Below, piece after piece: positions 9,178 to 17,627 of a stretch of 64,000 nt of DNA. The first letter of the stretch is position 1, and the number at the start of each line of letters is the position of its first letter. Source of the stretch: an uncultured Gammaproteobacteria bacterium (GTDB lineage: Bacteria; Pseudomonadota; Gammaproteobacteria; JACCXJ01); NCBI GenBank assembly GCA_963764725.1, contig CAVXTM010000015.1, forward strand, positions 160,001 through 224,000. The letters run 5' to 3'. Below the pieces are notes generated by a model. It ran no database searches. It was not told the origin of the DNA and saw only the letters and a list, made by a program, of their open reading frames with translations. The translations under genes were made by a program, and so were the position numbers.

Positions 9178-10307
9178 CTACACATGGGCTGGGGATCGTG
9201 TCGAGCCGGGTGGTCTGAGGTTTGTGGGCATCCATGGGCGGCGGATGCGCCGTGAGCTATGGAAGCGGAGTCGTCCCCCGCAGGCCTGGCAGGCCGGTTG
9301 TGGCCGGGGTGGCAGTTCGACCTCCGGTACGGTCACGGTGAAGCCAAAGGCCAATTCGACTTTGGCCTTGAGATCTGCGATGGGCACCTTGGCGGTGGGC
9401 GACAGGAAGCCATAGTAGCGGACTTTCATGAACCCGGTAGGCAAGACGTGCTGGAGGAAACGGCGGATGAACTCCAAGGCGTCGAGGATCACGGTCCGCA
9501 ACCGAGCGCTGCCGGTTTTTTTGTAGGAGAAGGAGACCCGTCCGTCCTCGACCTTGAGGATGCGGTGATCCGAGATAGCCACCTTGAAGACGTAGGGAGC
9601 GAGATAGGCGATCGAAGCCTCGGCACTGGGTACGGCCTGGCAGTTGACGTTCCAGTCCTGCTGCCAGGTCTCCGAGGGGATCTGATCGAGCAGTCCGGCG
9701 GTGTGCATGAGATCGCGGAACTTGCCGCGGAAAAGCCGTGAGAGGGCTTTCACGGGCAAGAAGAAGGCGAGGCTTGAGGCATGCCAGGCGCCATCCTCAG
9801 CGGAAAGCGCCCCGCCCGGTACCACATAATGGATGTGGGGGTGATACTGTAGCTGTCGGCCCCAGGGTGAAGCACTCCGAAGAAGCCGGCTTGGTCCGCG
9901 TTGAGGAAGCGCGGATCGCGCACCAGCGTTTTGATGGCTTGAGAGGAGGCCTGGAACAGTGCATCGTAGCCCAGTTGCTGGTGGCTGCGCAGAAACGCGC
10001 GCAGGGGCTCGGGGACGGTGAAGGTGAGCATGAAGTGGTGGCCTGGCAGCTGGCGATGCAATTGTCGCTCGAGCCACTGTTGGGACTTGCGGTGTTGGCA
10101 GCCGGGGCAATGACGATTGCCGCAGGCGGCCGGGACGCGATGGTGATGGCCGCATTCCTCGCACTGATAGCAGACTGAGCCATAGATCTCGGTGCGGCAT
10201 TGGCAGATGGCCTCGAGGGTCTTTTTGTGCTCTCTGGGCATGGATTGTTCGTAGTGCTGGAGATATCCAGGGCCGTAGGTGCGGAAGATGTCATTGATGA
10301 TCCCCAT
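9178..10307 (-). pseudogene. IS91-family (Y2) transposase, 1 nt deletion at ~9866
   Basis: N-terminal Zn finger (CRT..CEECGH..ACGNRHCPGCQ), GVLH[T]WG..LQYHPHIH HUH motif broken by the frameshift, YLAPYV, VRYYGFL. Confidence 0.92.
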
Positions 10308-10308
10308 C

Positions 10309-11182
10309 TCAAAGGCCCTCCATCACTTGGTTGATGAGGGTTGAGGCGTTGTCCTGACCGGCCTGGGTCATATGGAGGTAGACCATAGTGGTCTCGAGGC
10401 TGCTGTGGCCGAGGTAGCGCTGGATGGTGCGGATATTGACGCCGGCTTCCAGCAGGTGAGTAGCATAGGAATGTCTGAGAGAATGCACGCAGGCCTCGCG
10501 TGCTCGGGTCTGAGCGGCGAACTTGGCGCGACGGAAGGTGCCCTGCACGGAGCTCTTAGCCATGGGGTGGGAAGCCGAGCGGGCGGACTTGGCATCGCGC
10601 CCCATCGCGGGGAAGAGGAGCCTCGGGTTACGATGCGAGGCCCAGTGTTTGCGCAGGATGAGGAGGGTTGCTTGAGGCAGGGGGACGAGGCGGTCTTTGG
10701 CCCCTTTGCCGCGGTGGATGTGCAACATCATCCGCTGGCTGTCAATATCGGCGATCTCCAGATGCTGGGCCTCCTGCAGCCTCAGGCCGCAGGCGTAGAC
10801 GGTGGCGAGGAAGGCGTAGTTGTGTGGGGTTCGGACGCAGCTCAGCAAGCGGCGGACTTCTTCACGGCTGAGCACGGTGGGCAGCTGCTTCTCGCGTTGG
10901 GCATGGATGAGTCGAAGGGTATGCCAGTTGCGGTGAAGGACGTACTCGAAGAAGAAGCGGATCCCGCTATAGCAGATCCGTAAAGTGGCCGGTGACCAAC
11001 GATCGACGTTTCGCCGGTGGAGAAAATAGTGTTGCAGATCCTCCTCGGTGATCTGATCCGGGGTTTTATGATAAAACTCCACGAGCATGCGCACCGCACG
11101 GGTGTACGCTTCTTGGGTGCGCTCGCCCTTTGCCGTTGAGCTGGAGGGCTTGAATGGATTTCTCGTACCAATCTTTCATCAT
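10309..11182 (-). pseudogene. Tyrosine recombinase (phage-integrase family), +1 frameshift at ~11127
   Basis: YACGLR, GKGAKDR, HSLRHSYATHLLE, LGH, TMVY. The N-terminus MMKDWYEKSIQALQLNGKG/ERTQEAYTRAVRML is split by an extra G. The called ORF 10309-11094 is the downstream part. Confidence 0.9.
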
Positions 11183-11352
11183 GGAAGGTCTCCTGTCGTA
11201 AAGGGATTAGAAGTCCGGGAAGCTCCGCGGACTTCGGACAGGAAAACAGAATTGACGTGAGGGCTAAAGACCGGCGACCGATGGGTGTGAGACAAACCGA
11301 ACTACGGCAACCAGGATCGGCAAACCGAATCTGCCGCGTAGCGGCTTACTTG

Positions 11353-11444
11353 AACTAGCGGTTGCAGCGGAGCGCTCGCCGCAGACTTTGAAGGTAGCTA
11401 GAATTTGGTGGCGGCTTCGCGCCCGCTGAACCTGATCGTTGGTC
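11353..11444 (+). other. attC site 4, right fragment
   Basis: AAC-tagcggttgcagcgg...ccgctgaacc-tgatc-GTTGGTC palindrome. Confidence 0.85.
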
Positions 11445-11541
11445 GGCGCGCAGCGCCGGGGCCACAGCCTTTAGAACGGGAGATGGGTGTGGATAGGATC
11501 ACAGGCTTTGATAACCACGATCGTGACGGCGCTAAGCCCGA

Positions 11542-11571
11542 GTAGGGCGGAACGCCGAAGGTGGTTCCGCC
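11542..11571 (+). repeat. GTAG-type REP upstream of RAYT
   Basis: GTAG + GGCGGAAC-loop-GTTCCGCC perfect 8 bp stem, 30 bp before the RAYT start. Confidence 0.85.
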
Positions 11572-11600
11572 GCATGAATGAGAGGTGATAAGGTTGACCA

Positions 11601-12175
11601 ATGCCGGATTATCGTCGTTATCGTGTACCCGGAGGCACGTACTTTTTCACCATCAATTTATTGGAGCGTCGGGCCGACTTGTTGGTGCGACATATCGAAG
11701 CGTTACGGGAGGCGGTGAAGCGTACGCGGGCCAAACGACCATTCCATATCGATGCCTGGGTCGTGCTACCCGATCACATGCATTGCGTGATTACCCTACC
11801 ACCCGGCGACGATGGCTTTTCCAATCGCATTCAGGGTTCGCTTTGTACAGGCGCTGGCGCCCGACGGAGCGGCGTTCATCGGTACGAATGGCCAAGGGTG
11901 AAAGCCAGGGCCAGGGATTGGCCCTGCCTGGCGCGCTGAGGATGCAACGTGGTATCTGGCAACGCCGTTTTTGGGAGCATGCCATTCGGGACGAGAGAGA
12001 TTATTCGCGCCATATGGATTACGTCCACTTCAACCCGGTCAAACATGGCTACGTTTCGGTGGTTGCTCAATGGCCCCATTCGACGTTTCATCGGTGGGTG
12101 AAGGCAGGTGCCTATCCACACGACTGGGGCGGCGAGGGTGCGTTGGATGTTGTCGCCGGCGAGCATGGACAATAA
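11601..12175 (+). pseudogene. REP-associated tyrosine transposase (RAYT/TnpA-REP), disrupted
   Basis: MPDYRR..PGGTYFFT, WVVLPDHMH, RGIWQRRFWEHAIRD, DYVHFNPVKHG, WPHSTF; frameshifts at ~11830-11862. Confidence 0.92.
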
Positions 12176-12527
12176 TCTGGTGCCGTGTCTACGCGGGCTC
12201 GACAGTCTTAAGGAGACTGCCCGCGAGGATCTGATCCAATTCGTCATTCATCGGATCGACGCTAGGGCTGTCGAACTGAAGTATGAACTTCACGATCTCT
12301 ATACTTCCGAGCGGACAGGTCCGCACTCATGGAGATCACAGCCTCTCCAGGGTGTGGACGGTTACGCCGTCATGCGCGCGATGGGAACCCTCGCCGTCCT
12401 AGAGTTCGGATTCGTTCGGGTCCGTCTCAAGAAACCACCATACCCAGTTAAGTTCGACGACTTCGTGGCTGCGGCATCCAAGGTAATCGATGACGCCGAA
12501 TCATGCCTCATTCAGCAACACAAGTGA
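12165..12527 (+). CDS. Hypothetical protein, probably the 3' part of the cassette 5 gene
   Basis: Open frame ending 3 nt before an attC R''. Confidence 0.55.
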   Translation: MDNNLVPCLRGLDSLKETAREDLIQFVIHRIDARAVELKYELHDLYTSERTGPHSWRSQPLQGVDGYAVMRAMGTLAVLEFGFVRVRLKKPPYPVKFDDFVAAASKVIDDAESCLIQQHK

Positions 12528-12530
12528 GAC

Positions 12531-12613
12531 GCCCAACATGGCAATCAACCTGACCGACCAACAGCGGCGCTGCGCTTGCTGTTTGTGTGCCGGTTATGGG
12601 CATCACGGTAGGC
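12531..12613 (+). other. attC site 5 (degenerate; R' reads GGTAGGC)
   Basis: GCCCAAC-atggcaatcaacctg..aacagcggcgc/gcttgctgtt..ggttat. Confidence 0.65.
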
Positions 12614-12878
12614 TTCAAAAAGCGTGAAAGCATAAACAGCGAAGGCTTTGAAACCCGCATCGACGGTGAAGGTGGCAGATAGCCCATGGATCCCCATCAA
12701 AACGCCATGAGAGAAGTGGCATGCCCCGGCCCTGCGGGTTGGCGAGGTGAGTGGCTGCACCCGGCCACAGCACAAAGGTACCGTCGGGACAGTCGATCGC
12801 TGCGACCCTTCAGCGCTTCACCGCAACCCATCGCCGCTTGTCTCCGGTGCTCCGTGGTGGGATACTTCAGGCGCCTTA

Positions 12879-12938
12879 GCCCAAAGCGCTGGAGCGGACA
12901 GCGCTCACGCGCCGCCGCTCACCGCCGATCCGTTGGGC
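12879..12938 (+). other. attC site 6 (degenerate R'')
   Basis: GCCCAAA..ggagcggacagcgc..gcgccgccgctc..GTTGGGC. Confidence 0.6.
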
Positions 12939-12994
12939 TGACGTGTCGGGCCACGGAATCCGGTAAGTCCTTGCCACCACGAGGGGAGAGCAAT

Positions 12995-14566
12995 CTGGAA
13001 ACACCTCTGACTCCAATGGCATTCGCGCGTCGCTCGCGCAAGCTGTATGCGCAACGCGAGGCAGTGGTGGATGGCGAGCTGCGCCTGACCTATGCGGAAT
13101 TCTTCGAGCGCTGCGACCGCGCGTCCGCCGCGCTCTCCAAGCTCGGCATTGGCAAGGGTGACCGTGTCGCCACCATCGCGCCGAACACGGTTGCACACCT
13201 GGAGCAGTTCTACGCGGTGCCGCAACTCGGCGCCGTCGTGGTACCGCTCAACTACCGGCTCATCGCGGAAGACTTCGTTTACCTCATCAATCACAGCGGC
13301 GCGCGCATAGTCTGCGCGCACTCGGACTATCTGGATATGGTCGAGGGCATCCGGGCGCGCTGCTCCAAGGTAGAGCACTTCGTCGCGCTCGAAGGCGCGA
13401 AGACCTGCTGGCTGAACTACGAGTCGCTGCTGGCGCAGGCCGGCACGGAATTCCCGCGGGCGGAAGTCGCCGAGAGCGACTTGCTCGCCATCAACTACAC
13501 CAGCGGTACGACCTCCAAGCCCAAGGGGGTAATGATCACGCACCGCAACGCTTGGGTGAACGCAGTGGGCACGATAATTCACCATCCCATGAGCACGGCC
13601 GACCGCTACCTGTGGACGCTGCCGATGTTTCACGCCAATGGCTGGACCTTCGTATGGGTCGTGACCGCCGCCGGCGCGACGCACGTGTGCCTGCGCAAGG
13701 TCGAACCCGCCACCGTGTACGAGAGCGTCAAGGGCGAGCGCATCACCATGTTCTGCGCGGCGCCGACGGTGCTGATTGGTGTCGCCAACGCCCCTGCGGA
13801 AATGCGCCGCCATACGCCGCGCGGCCTGCGCGTGATGACCGCGGGCGCGCCGCCCTCCGCCGCGACCATCGAGTGTGTGGAACAAGATCTTGGCTGGACC
13901 ATCACCCATGTGTATGGGCTCACCGAGACCGCGCCTTTCATTACCATCAACGAACCCCGCCCCGAGTTCGCCGAGTTGTCGCCGGAGAAACGCGCGATGC
14001 AGAAAGCCCGCCAGGGTGTGGAGCTGCTCACTTCCGGTGAGTTGCGCGTGGTGGACGAACAGGGCCGCGACGTGCCGCGCGACGGTGCCACGCTCGGTGA
14101 AATCATCGCGCGCGGCAACGTCATCATGGCGGGCTATTATAACGACCCCGAGGCAACCGCCACGGCGATGGAGGGCGGCTGGTTTCACTCCGGCGACGCG
14201 GCGGTGGTGCACGCCGACGGCTACGTGGAAATCCGCGACCGCTTCAAGGATGTCATCATCAGCGGCGGCGAGAACATCTCCTCCGTCGAAGTCGAAGGGG
14301 TGCTGCTGCGCCACCCCGCAGTGCTGGAAGTGGCGGTGGTCGGCCTGCCGCACGAGAAATGGGGCGAAACGCCGCACGCCTTCGTCGTCTTGCGTCCCGG
14401 CGTCGCGGCCGGCGAAAAGGAAATCCACGAATTCGCCCACGCCAACCTGGCCGGCTTCAAGACGCCGAAGGCGTACAGTTTTGTGACCGAATTACCGAAG
14501 ACTGCGACGGGTAAGATTCAGAAATACGTATTGCGTGGAAAGCAGTCGGCGATTGCCCGGCAGTGA
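12995..14566 (+). CDS. Acyl-CoA synthetase / AMP-dependent ligase (start CTG 12995 or ATG 13016)
   Basis: INYTSGTTSKPKG, PMFHANGW, YGLTET, WFHSGD, ISGGENISSVEVE, LPKTATGKIQK; RBS gaggggag. Confidence 0.93.
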   Translation: METPLTPMAFARRSRKLYAQREAVVDGELRLTYAEFFERCDRASAALSKLGIGKGDRVATIAPNTVAHLEQFYAVPQLGAVVVPLNYRLIAEDFVYLINHSGARIVCAHSDYLDMVEGIRARCSKVEHFVALEGAKTCWLNYESLLAQAGTEFPRAEVAESDLLAINYTSGTTSKPKGVMITHRNAWVNAVGTIIHHPMSTADRYLWTLPMFHANGWTFVWVVTAAGATHVCLRKVEPATVYESVKGERITMFCAAPTVLIGVANAPAEMRRHTPRGLRVMTAGAPPSAATIECVEQDLGWTITHVYGLTETAPFITINEPRPEFAELSPEKRAMQKARQGVELLTSGELRVVDEQGRDVPRDGATLGEIIARGNVIMAGYYNDPEATATAMEGGWFHSGDAAVVHADGYVEIRDRFKDVIISGGENISSVEVEGVLLRHPAVLEVAVVGLPHEKWGETPHAFVVLRPGVAAGEKEIHEFAHANLAGFKTPKAYSFVTELPKTATGKIQKYVLRGKQSAIARQ

Positions 14567-14724
14567 TGATTCGAGCAAACCCCGACGCAGGCTCTTTGGC
14601 CGTGGGGGATCAAAATGCCAGAACTCAAATGGAACAGTGGGCTCCGAAATCGGCTTCCGGATTACCTGGACTGTTGTCCAGCCATTAGGCGCATCCTTCG
14701 CGCTCCCAGAGCCTGCCTGATGAA

Positions 14725-14785
14725 ATCTAACCACCGGCCTTGACTGCGACGCGGTAGGCCGCGCGCGTCATGCGTGTCGTTATAC
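14725..14785 (+). other. attC site 7
   Basis: ATCTAAC..tgactgcgacgcgg/ccgcgcgcgtca..GTTATAC. Confidence 0.7.
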
Positions 14786-14821
14786 GCTATGTTTTCCAAC
14801 CACGCTGAAAGGAGCGGTTTG

Positions 14822-15310
14822 ATGCAGTCACTCGCCTTGATTGCACTTGCTGGTTGCGCGGTTCTTGCAGGATGTGCCTCCAACGGCGGCACGCCGCCCA
14901 ACTCTCAGGCTACACGAACCGAAAGTTGCAAGGTAACCACCGAACAGGAGATCAGATCGTTGTTTGACCGGTGGAATCAGTCATTGCAGACTGGCGATCC
15001 GCATAAGGTCGTTGCCAACTATGCGGAGCGCTCCATTCTGTTGCCTACCGTTTCCAACAAACCACGCTTGACCCCGGCGGAAAAGGAAGATTACTTTCAT
15101 CATTTCCTAGAGAATCGGCCCTCCGGAAAGATTGATCTGCGCTTCGTAGAGATCGGTTGCAACACCGCCGTTGATGCTGGGCTCTACACATTTACGTTCG
15201 CCAAGACAGGCGCAGTGGTCAGTGGCCGCTATACCTATACCTATCGCTGGGATGGTTCGAAGTGGCTCATTACCAGCCATCATTCCTCCGTAATGCCAGA
15301 GAAGAAGTAG
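14822..15310 (+). CDS. SgcJ/EcaC (DUF4440, CaMKII-association-domain) lipoprotein, iota-carbonic-anhydrase-like
   Basis: Lipobox LAGC; LFDRWN..LQTGDP, LLPTVSN, GLYTF, RYTYTY, C-terminal SHHSSVMPE; RBS aaggag. Confidence 0.85.
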   Translation: MQSLALIALAGCAVLAGCASNGGTPPNSQATRTESCKVTTEQEIRSLFDRWNQSLQTGDPHKVVANYAERSILLPTVSNKPRLTPAEKEDYFHHFLENRPSGKIDLRFVEIGCNTAVDAGLYTFTFAKTGAVVSGRYTYTYRWDGSKWLITSHHSSVMPEKK

Positions 15311-15420
15311 TAGCTGAGCGGTCAAGCGGACGCCCGTACCTCGCGCCCAGGTTGACGGGCGGGCGGCCCCCCCGCTGGCGCTGCCCGATCTGCCTGCCCA
15401 GCGCCGCTTTGACCGGTTTC
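15311..15420 (+). other. Highly degenerate terminal attC-like remnant
   Basis: cggtcaagcggacgcc ... gcgccgctttgaccg arms remain; R boxes not recognisable. Confidence 0.4.
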
Positions 15421-15578
15421 CGGAAGCGGCCGTCTTAAAGACAACGGAGTGGTGATGGTTGTGACAACGGTGGGTACAGACCGCGCCCTGATCCACGCCA
15501 TGGTGAGGCTGGTGTGTGTGTGGTTATAGTACGGCCGGCCGGCGGCCTAATCGACCTGACGTGAGCTATGCTCCGCAA

Positions 15579-15623
15579 TGGATTCCGGCTCGCGTCCGCC
15601 GCGCGGACTTGGCCGGAATGACG
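15579..15623. repeat. CGTC-type REP palindrome
   Basis: tggATTCCGGC..gtccgc-cgc-gcggac..GCCGGAATgacg (reverse strand CGTCATTCC...GGAATCCA). Confidence 0.75.
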
Positions 15624-15675
15624 GGTCTGTGTTATGCGGCGTGTTTCCGTCGCACTCCGCCAGCTACGACGGCCG

Positions 15676-16230
15676 TTACGGAGCGCGCACAAGCTGCGCC
15701 TCGACCTCATCGCGCTTGGGAGTCCCGGCTAGGGTTTCGATCAAGGTGAGCGCGAAATCCATCGCTGTGCCGGGTCCGCGCGAGGTAATGACCTTCTCGT
15801 CTTGGACTATGGCGTCCTCGGTCACGGTCACCTCCGTGAAATTCAGCGCCCGCAAGATCCCGGGATAGCCGGTGGCGCGCTTTCCTCTAAGAAGGCCGGC
15901 TGCGCCCAAAACCTTGGGCGCTGCGCAGATCGCGGCCGTAAATTTTCCGTTCGCCGCCATTTTCATAAGCAGATCATGTACGCGCGGGTCGCGGTTCAGT
16001 TGCTCCGCGCCTTGGGCGCCCCCCGGAAGCACGACCATGTCGTAGTCGCGTTTCAAGGCTTCGTCCAGGCAGGTGTCGGGGATCAGCACCACTCCGCGGC
16101 TAGCGCGGACGGGATGATTATCGAGGCCGGCTGTGACCACCTCGATCCCGGCCCGGCGCAGGAGATCGATGACCGTAACGGCCTCGAGCTCTTCACAGCC
16201 TTGGGCCAGCGGAATGAGTACGGTGGCCAT
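15676..16230 (-). CDS. yajL: DJ-1/PfpI family glyoxalase (YajL/ThiJ)
   Basis: GCEELEAV, VLPGG, AAICAAP, ITSRGPGTA motifs. Confidence 0.92.
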   Translation of the reverse strand: MATVLIPLAQGCEELEAVTVIDLLRRAGIEVVTAGLDNHPVRASRGVVLIPDTCLDEALKRDYDMVVLPGGAQGAEQLNRDPRVHDLLMKMAANGKFTAAICAAPKVLGAAGLLRGKRATGYPGILRALNFTEVTVTEDAIVQDEKVITSRGPGTAMDFALTLIETLAGTPKRDEVEAQLVRAP

Positions 16231-16236
16231 CGGAGT

Positions 16237-17592
16237 CTAATTGGGTGCGCGCCGTTGCAAGGTGAGGCCCTTGAGCAAGTTAAGCGCTTCGTACAATTCA
16301 TAGTCGCTGGTCGCCAGGGCTTGACCGGTTTCCGTATTCGCTTTTGCGTCCGTTGGCTTGGTTTCGGTCTGCGTCGCCTCGGCAGGGGGCTGCTTCCCGT
16401 TCGAGAGGTGTCGCGTGAGGTTGCTCTCCTTAATCTCGTCCAAGGCCGGATTTTCCGCGGCCGCCACTTTTACCCGATCCAAAATGATGTCGGGGACAAT
16501 GCCCTCGGCCTGGATGGAGCGGCCCGAGGGAGTGTAGTAAAGCGCGGTCGTGAGTTTAAGCGCGGCGTCATTGTTCATCGGCAGGATGGTTTGCACGGAG
16601 CCTTTCCCAAAGGTCTTGCTCCCCATAACCACGGCGCGGCGCGCGTCTTGAAGCGCGCCAGCCACGATTTCCGAGGCCGAGGCCGATCCGCCGTTAACGA
16701 GTATGACGATCGGCGCCCCGTTCAAGGCATCCTTGGGTTTCGCGTCGAATCTCAGTTCGGATCCCTTGCCGCGCCCCTTGGTCAGGACAATAAGACCTTT
16801 TTCCATGAATACGTCGGCGACGGCCACCGCCGAGCCCAAGATCCCGCCGGGGTTATTACGCAGATCGAGGATGAGCCCGGAGAGCCTGTACTTGTTTTCA
16901 CGTTTCAGGGTGTCGAGGGCGGCGATTAGATCGTCGCCCGTGCGCGTTTGAAAATGCGAGATGCGTACATAGCCCAGTTGCGGTTCCAAGGTCCGGCTCT
17001 TGACGCTTTGCACCTTGATTACCGCTCGCTTTACGGAGATCGCCAGCGGCTTTTCCTCGCCTTCGCGTAAGATGGTTAGCTGAATGGCCGTTCCGGGTTT
17101 GCCCCGCATCATTTTTACCGCGTCGTTAAGGCTCATGCCTTTCACCGGCGTATCGTCAAGGCGGACGATAAGATCACCCGCCTTGATCCCGGCTTGCTGC
17201 GCCGGCGTATCATCGATCGGCGCGATTACCTTTACGAAGCCGTCCTCCATCCCGACCTCGATCCCGAGGCCCCCAAATTCCCCGCTCGTACCTTCCTGCA
17301 AGCCACCGTAGGCGTCGGGGTCGAGATAGGCCGAATGCGGATCGAGCCCCGACAACATTCCCCGAATCGCACTCTCGAGCAGGTCCGCGTCACCGACCTC
17401 TTCGACGTAATCGCTCTTGATCTTCGCAAATACCTCGGTAAACGTTCGCAACTCATCGAGCGGCAAGCCCGCGCGCGGATTCGAGGCGGCATTGGCAATC
17501 TCATTTCCGCCGCTAGCGAGTTGAATTCCAAGGCCGAGCCCGACCGCCAGAACAAAAACGTTTTTCACTATCTGTTTCATCGACAAACCCAC
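16237..17592 (-). CDS. ctpA: S41 carboxy-terminal processing protease
   Basis: LDPHSAYL, PDZ GLGIEV, DLRNNPGG, SASASEIV, TFGKGSVQ. Confidence 0.95.
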   Translation of the reverse strand: MGLSMKQIVKNVFVLAVGLGLGIQLASGGNEIANAASNPRAGLPLDELRTFTEVFAKIKSDYVEEVGDADLLESAIRGMLSGLDPHSAYLDPDAYGGLQEGTSGEFGGLGIEVGMEDGFVKVIAPIDDTPAQQAGIKAGDLIVRLDDTPVKGMSLNDAVKMMRGKPGTAIQLTILREGEEKPLAISVKRAVIKVQSVKSRTLEPQLGYVRISHFQTRTGDDLIAALDTLKRENKYRLSGLILDLRNNPGGILGSAVAVADVFMEKGLIVLTKGRGKGSELRFDAKPKDALNGAPIVILVNGGSASASEIVAGALQDARRAVVMGSKTFGKGSVQTILPMNNDAALKLTTALYYTPSGRSIQAEGIVPDIILDRVKVAAAENPALDEIKESNLTRHLSNGKQPPAEATQTETKPTDAKANTETGQALATSDYELYEALNLLKGLTLQRRAPN

Positions 17593-17627
17593 CGGGAAAT
17601 CAAATAAGATTACGATTAAGTTCGCTA

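Larger units (their letters stand above)
8864..11354 (-). mobile_element. IS91-like element carrying a tyrosine recombinase and a Y2/HUH transposase, inserted in attC4
   Basis: Removing it restores GCCCAAC-tagcggttgcagcgg...ccgctgaacctgatc-GTTGGTC. Both ends carry terminal hairpins. Confidence 0.88.

Noticed and set aside
11120-11135. Programmed frameshift in the recombinase (AAAGGG)
   Set aside because: Not a canonical slippery heptamer, and the partner transposase is also broken, so decay or error is more likely.
12686-12994. 100 aa N-terminal extension of the acyl-CoA ligase ORF
   Set aside because: Runs through a degenerate attC; family similarity and the RBS begin at ~12995.
12905-14440. 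Long antisense ORFs (also 15802-16929, 17652-18701, 53147-54316, 56558-57616)
   Set aside because: Shadow frames of high-GC genes on the opposite strand, with no motifs.
6424-15420. Regularly spaced palindromes as a possible CRISPR array
   Set aside because: Repeats are non-identical, gene-spaced and bounded by RYYYAAC/GTTRRRY, so they are attC sites; no cas genes are present.
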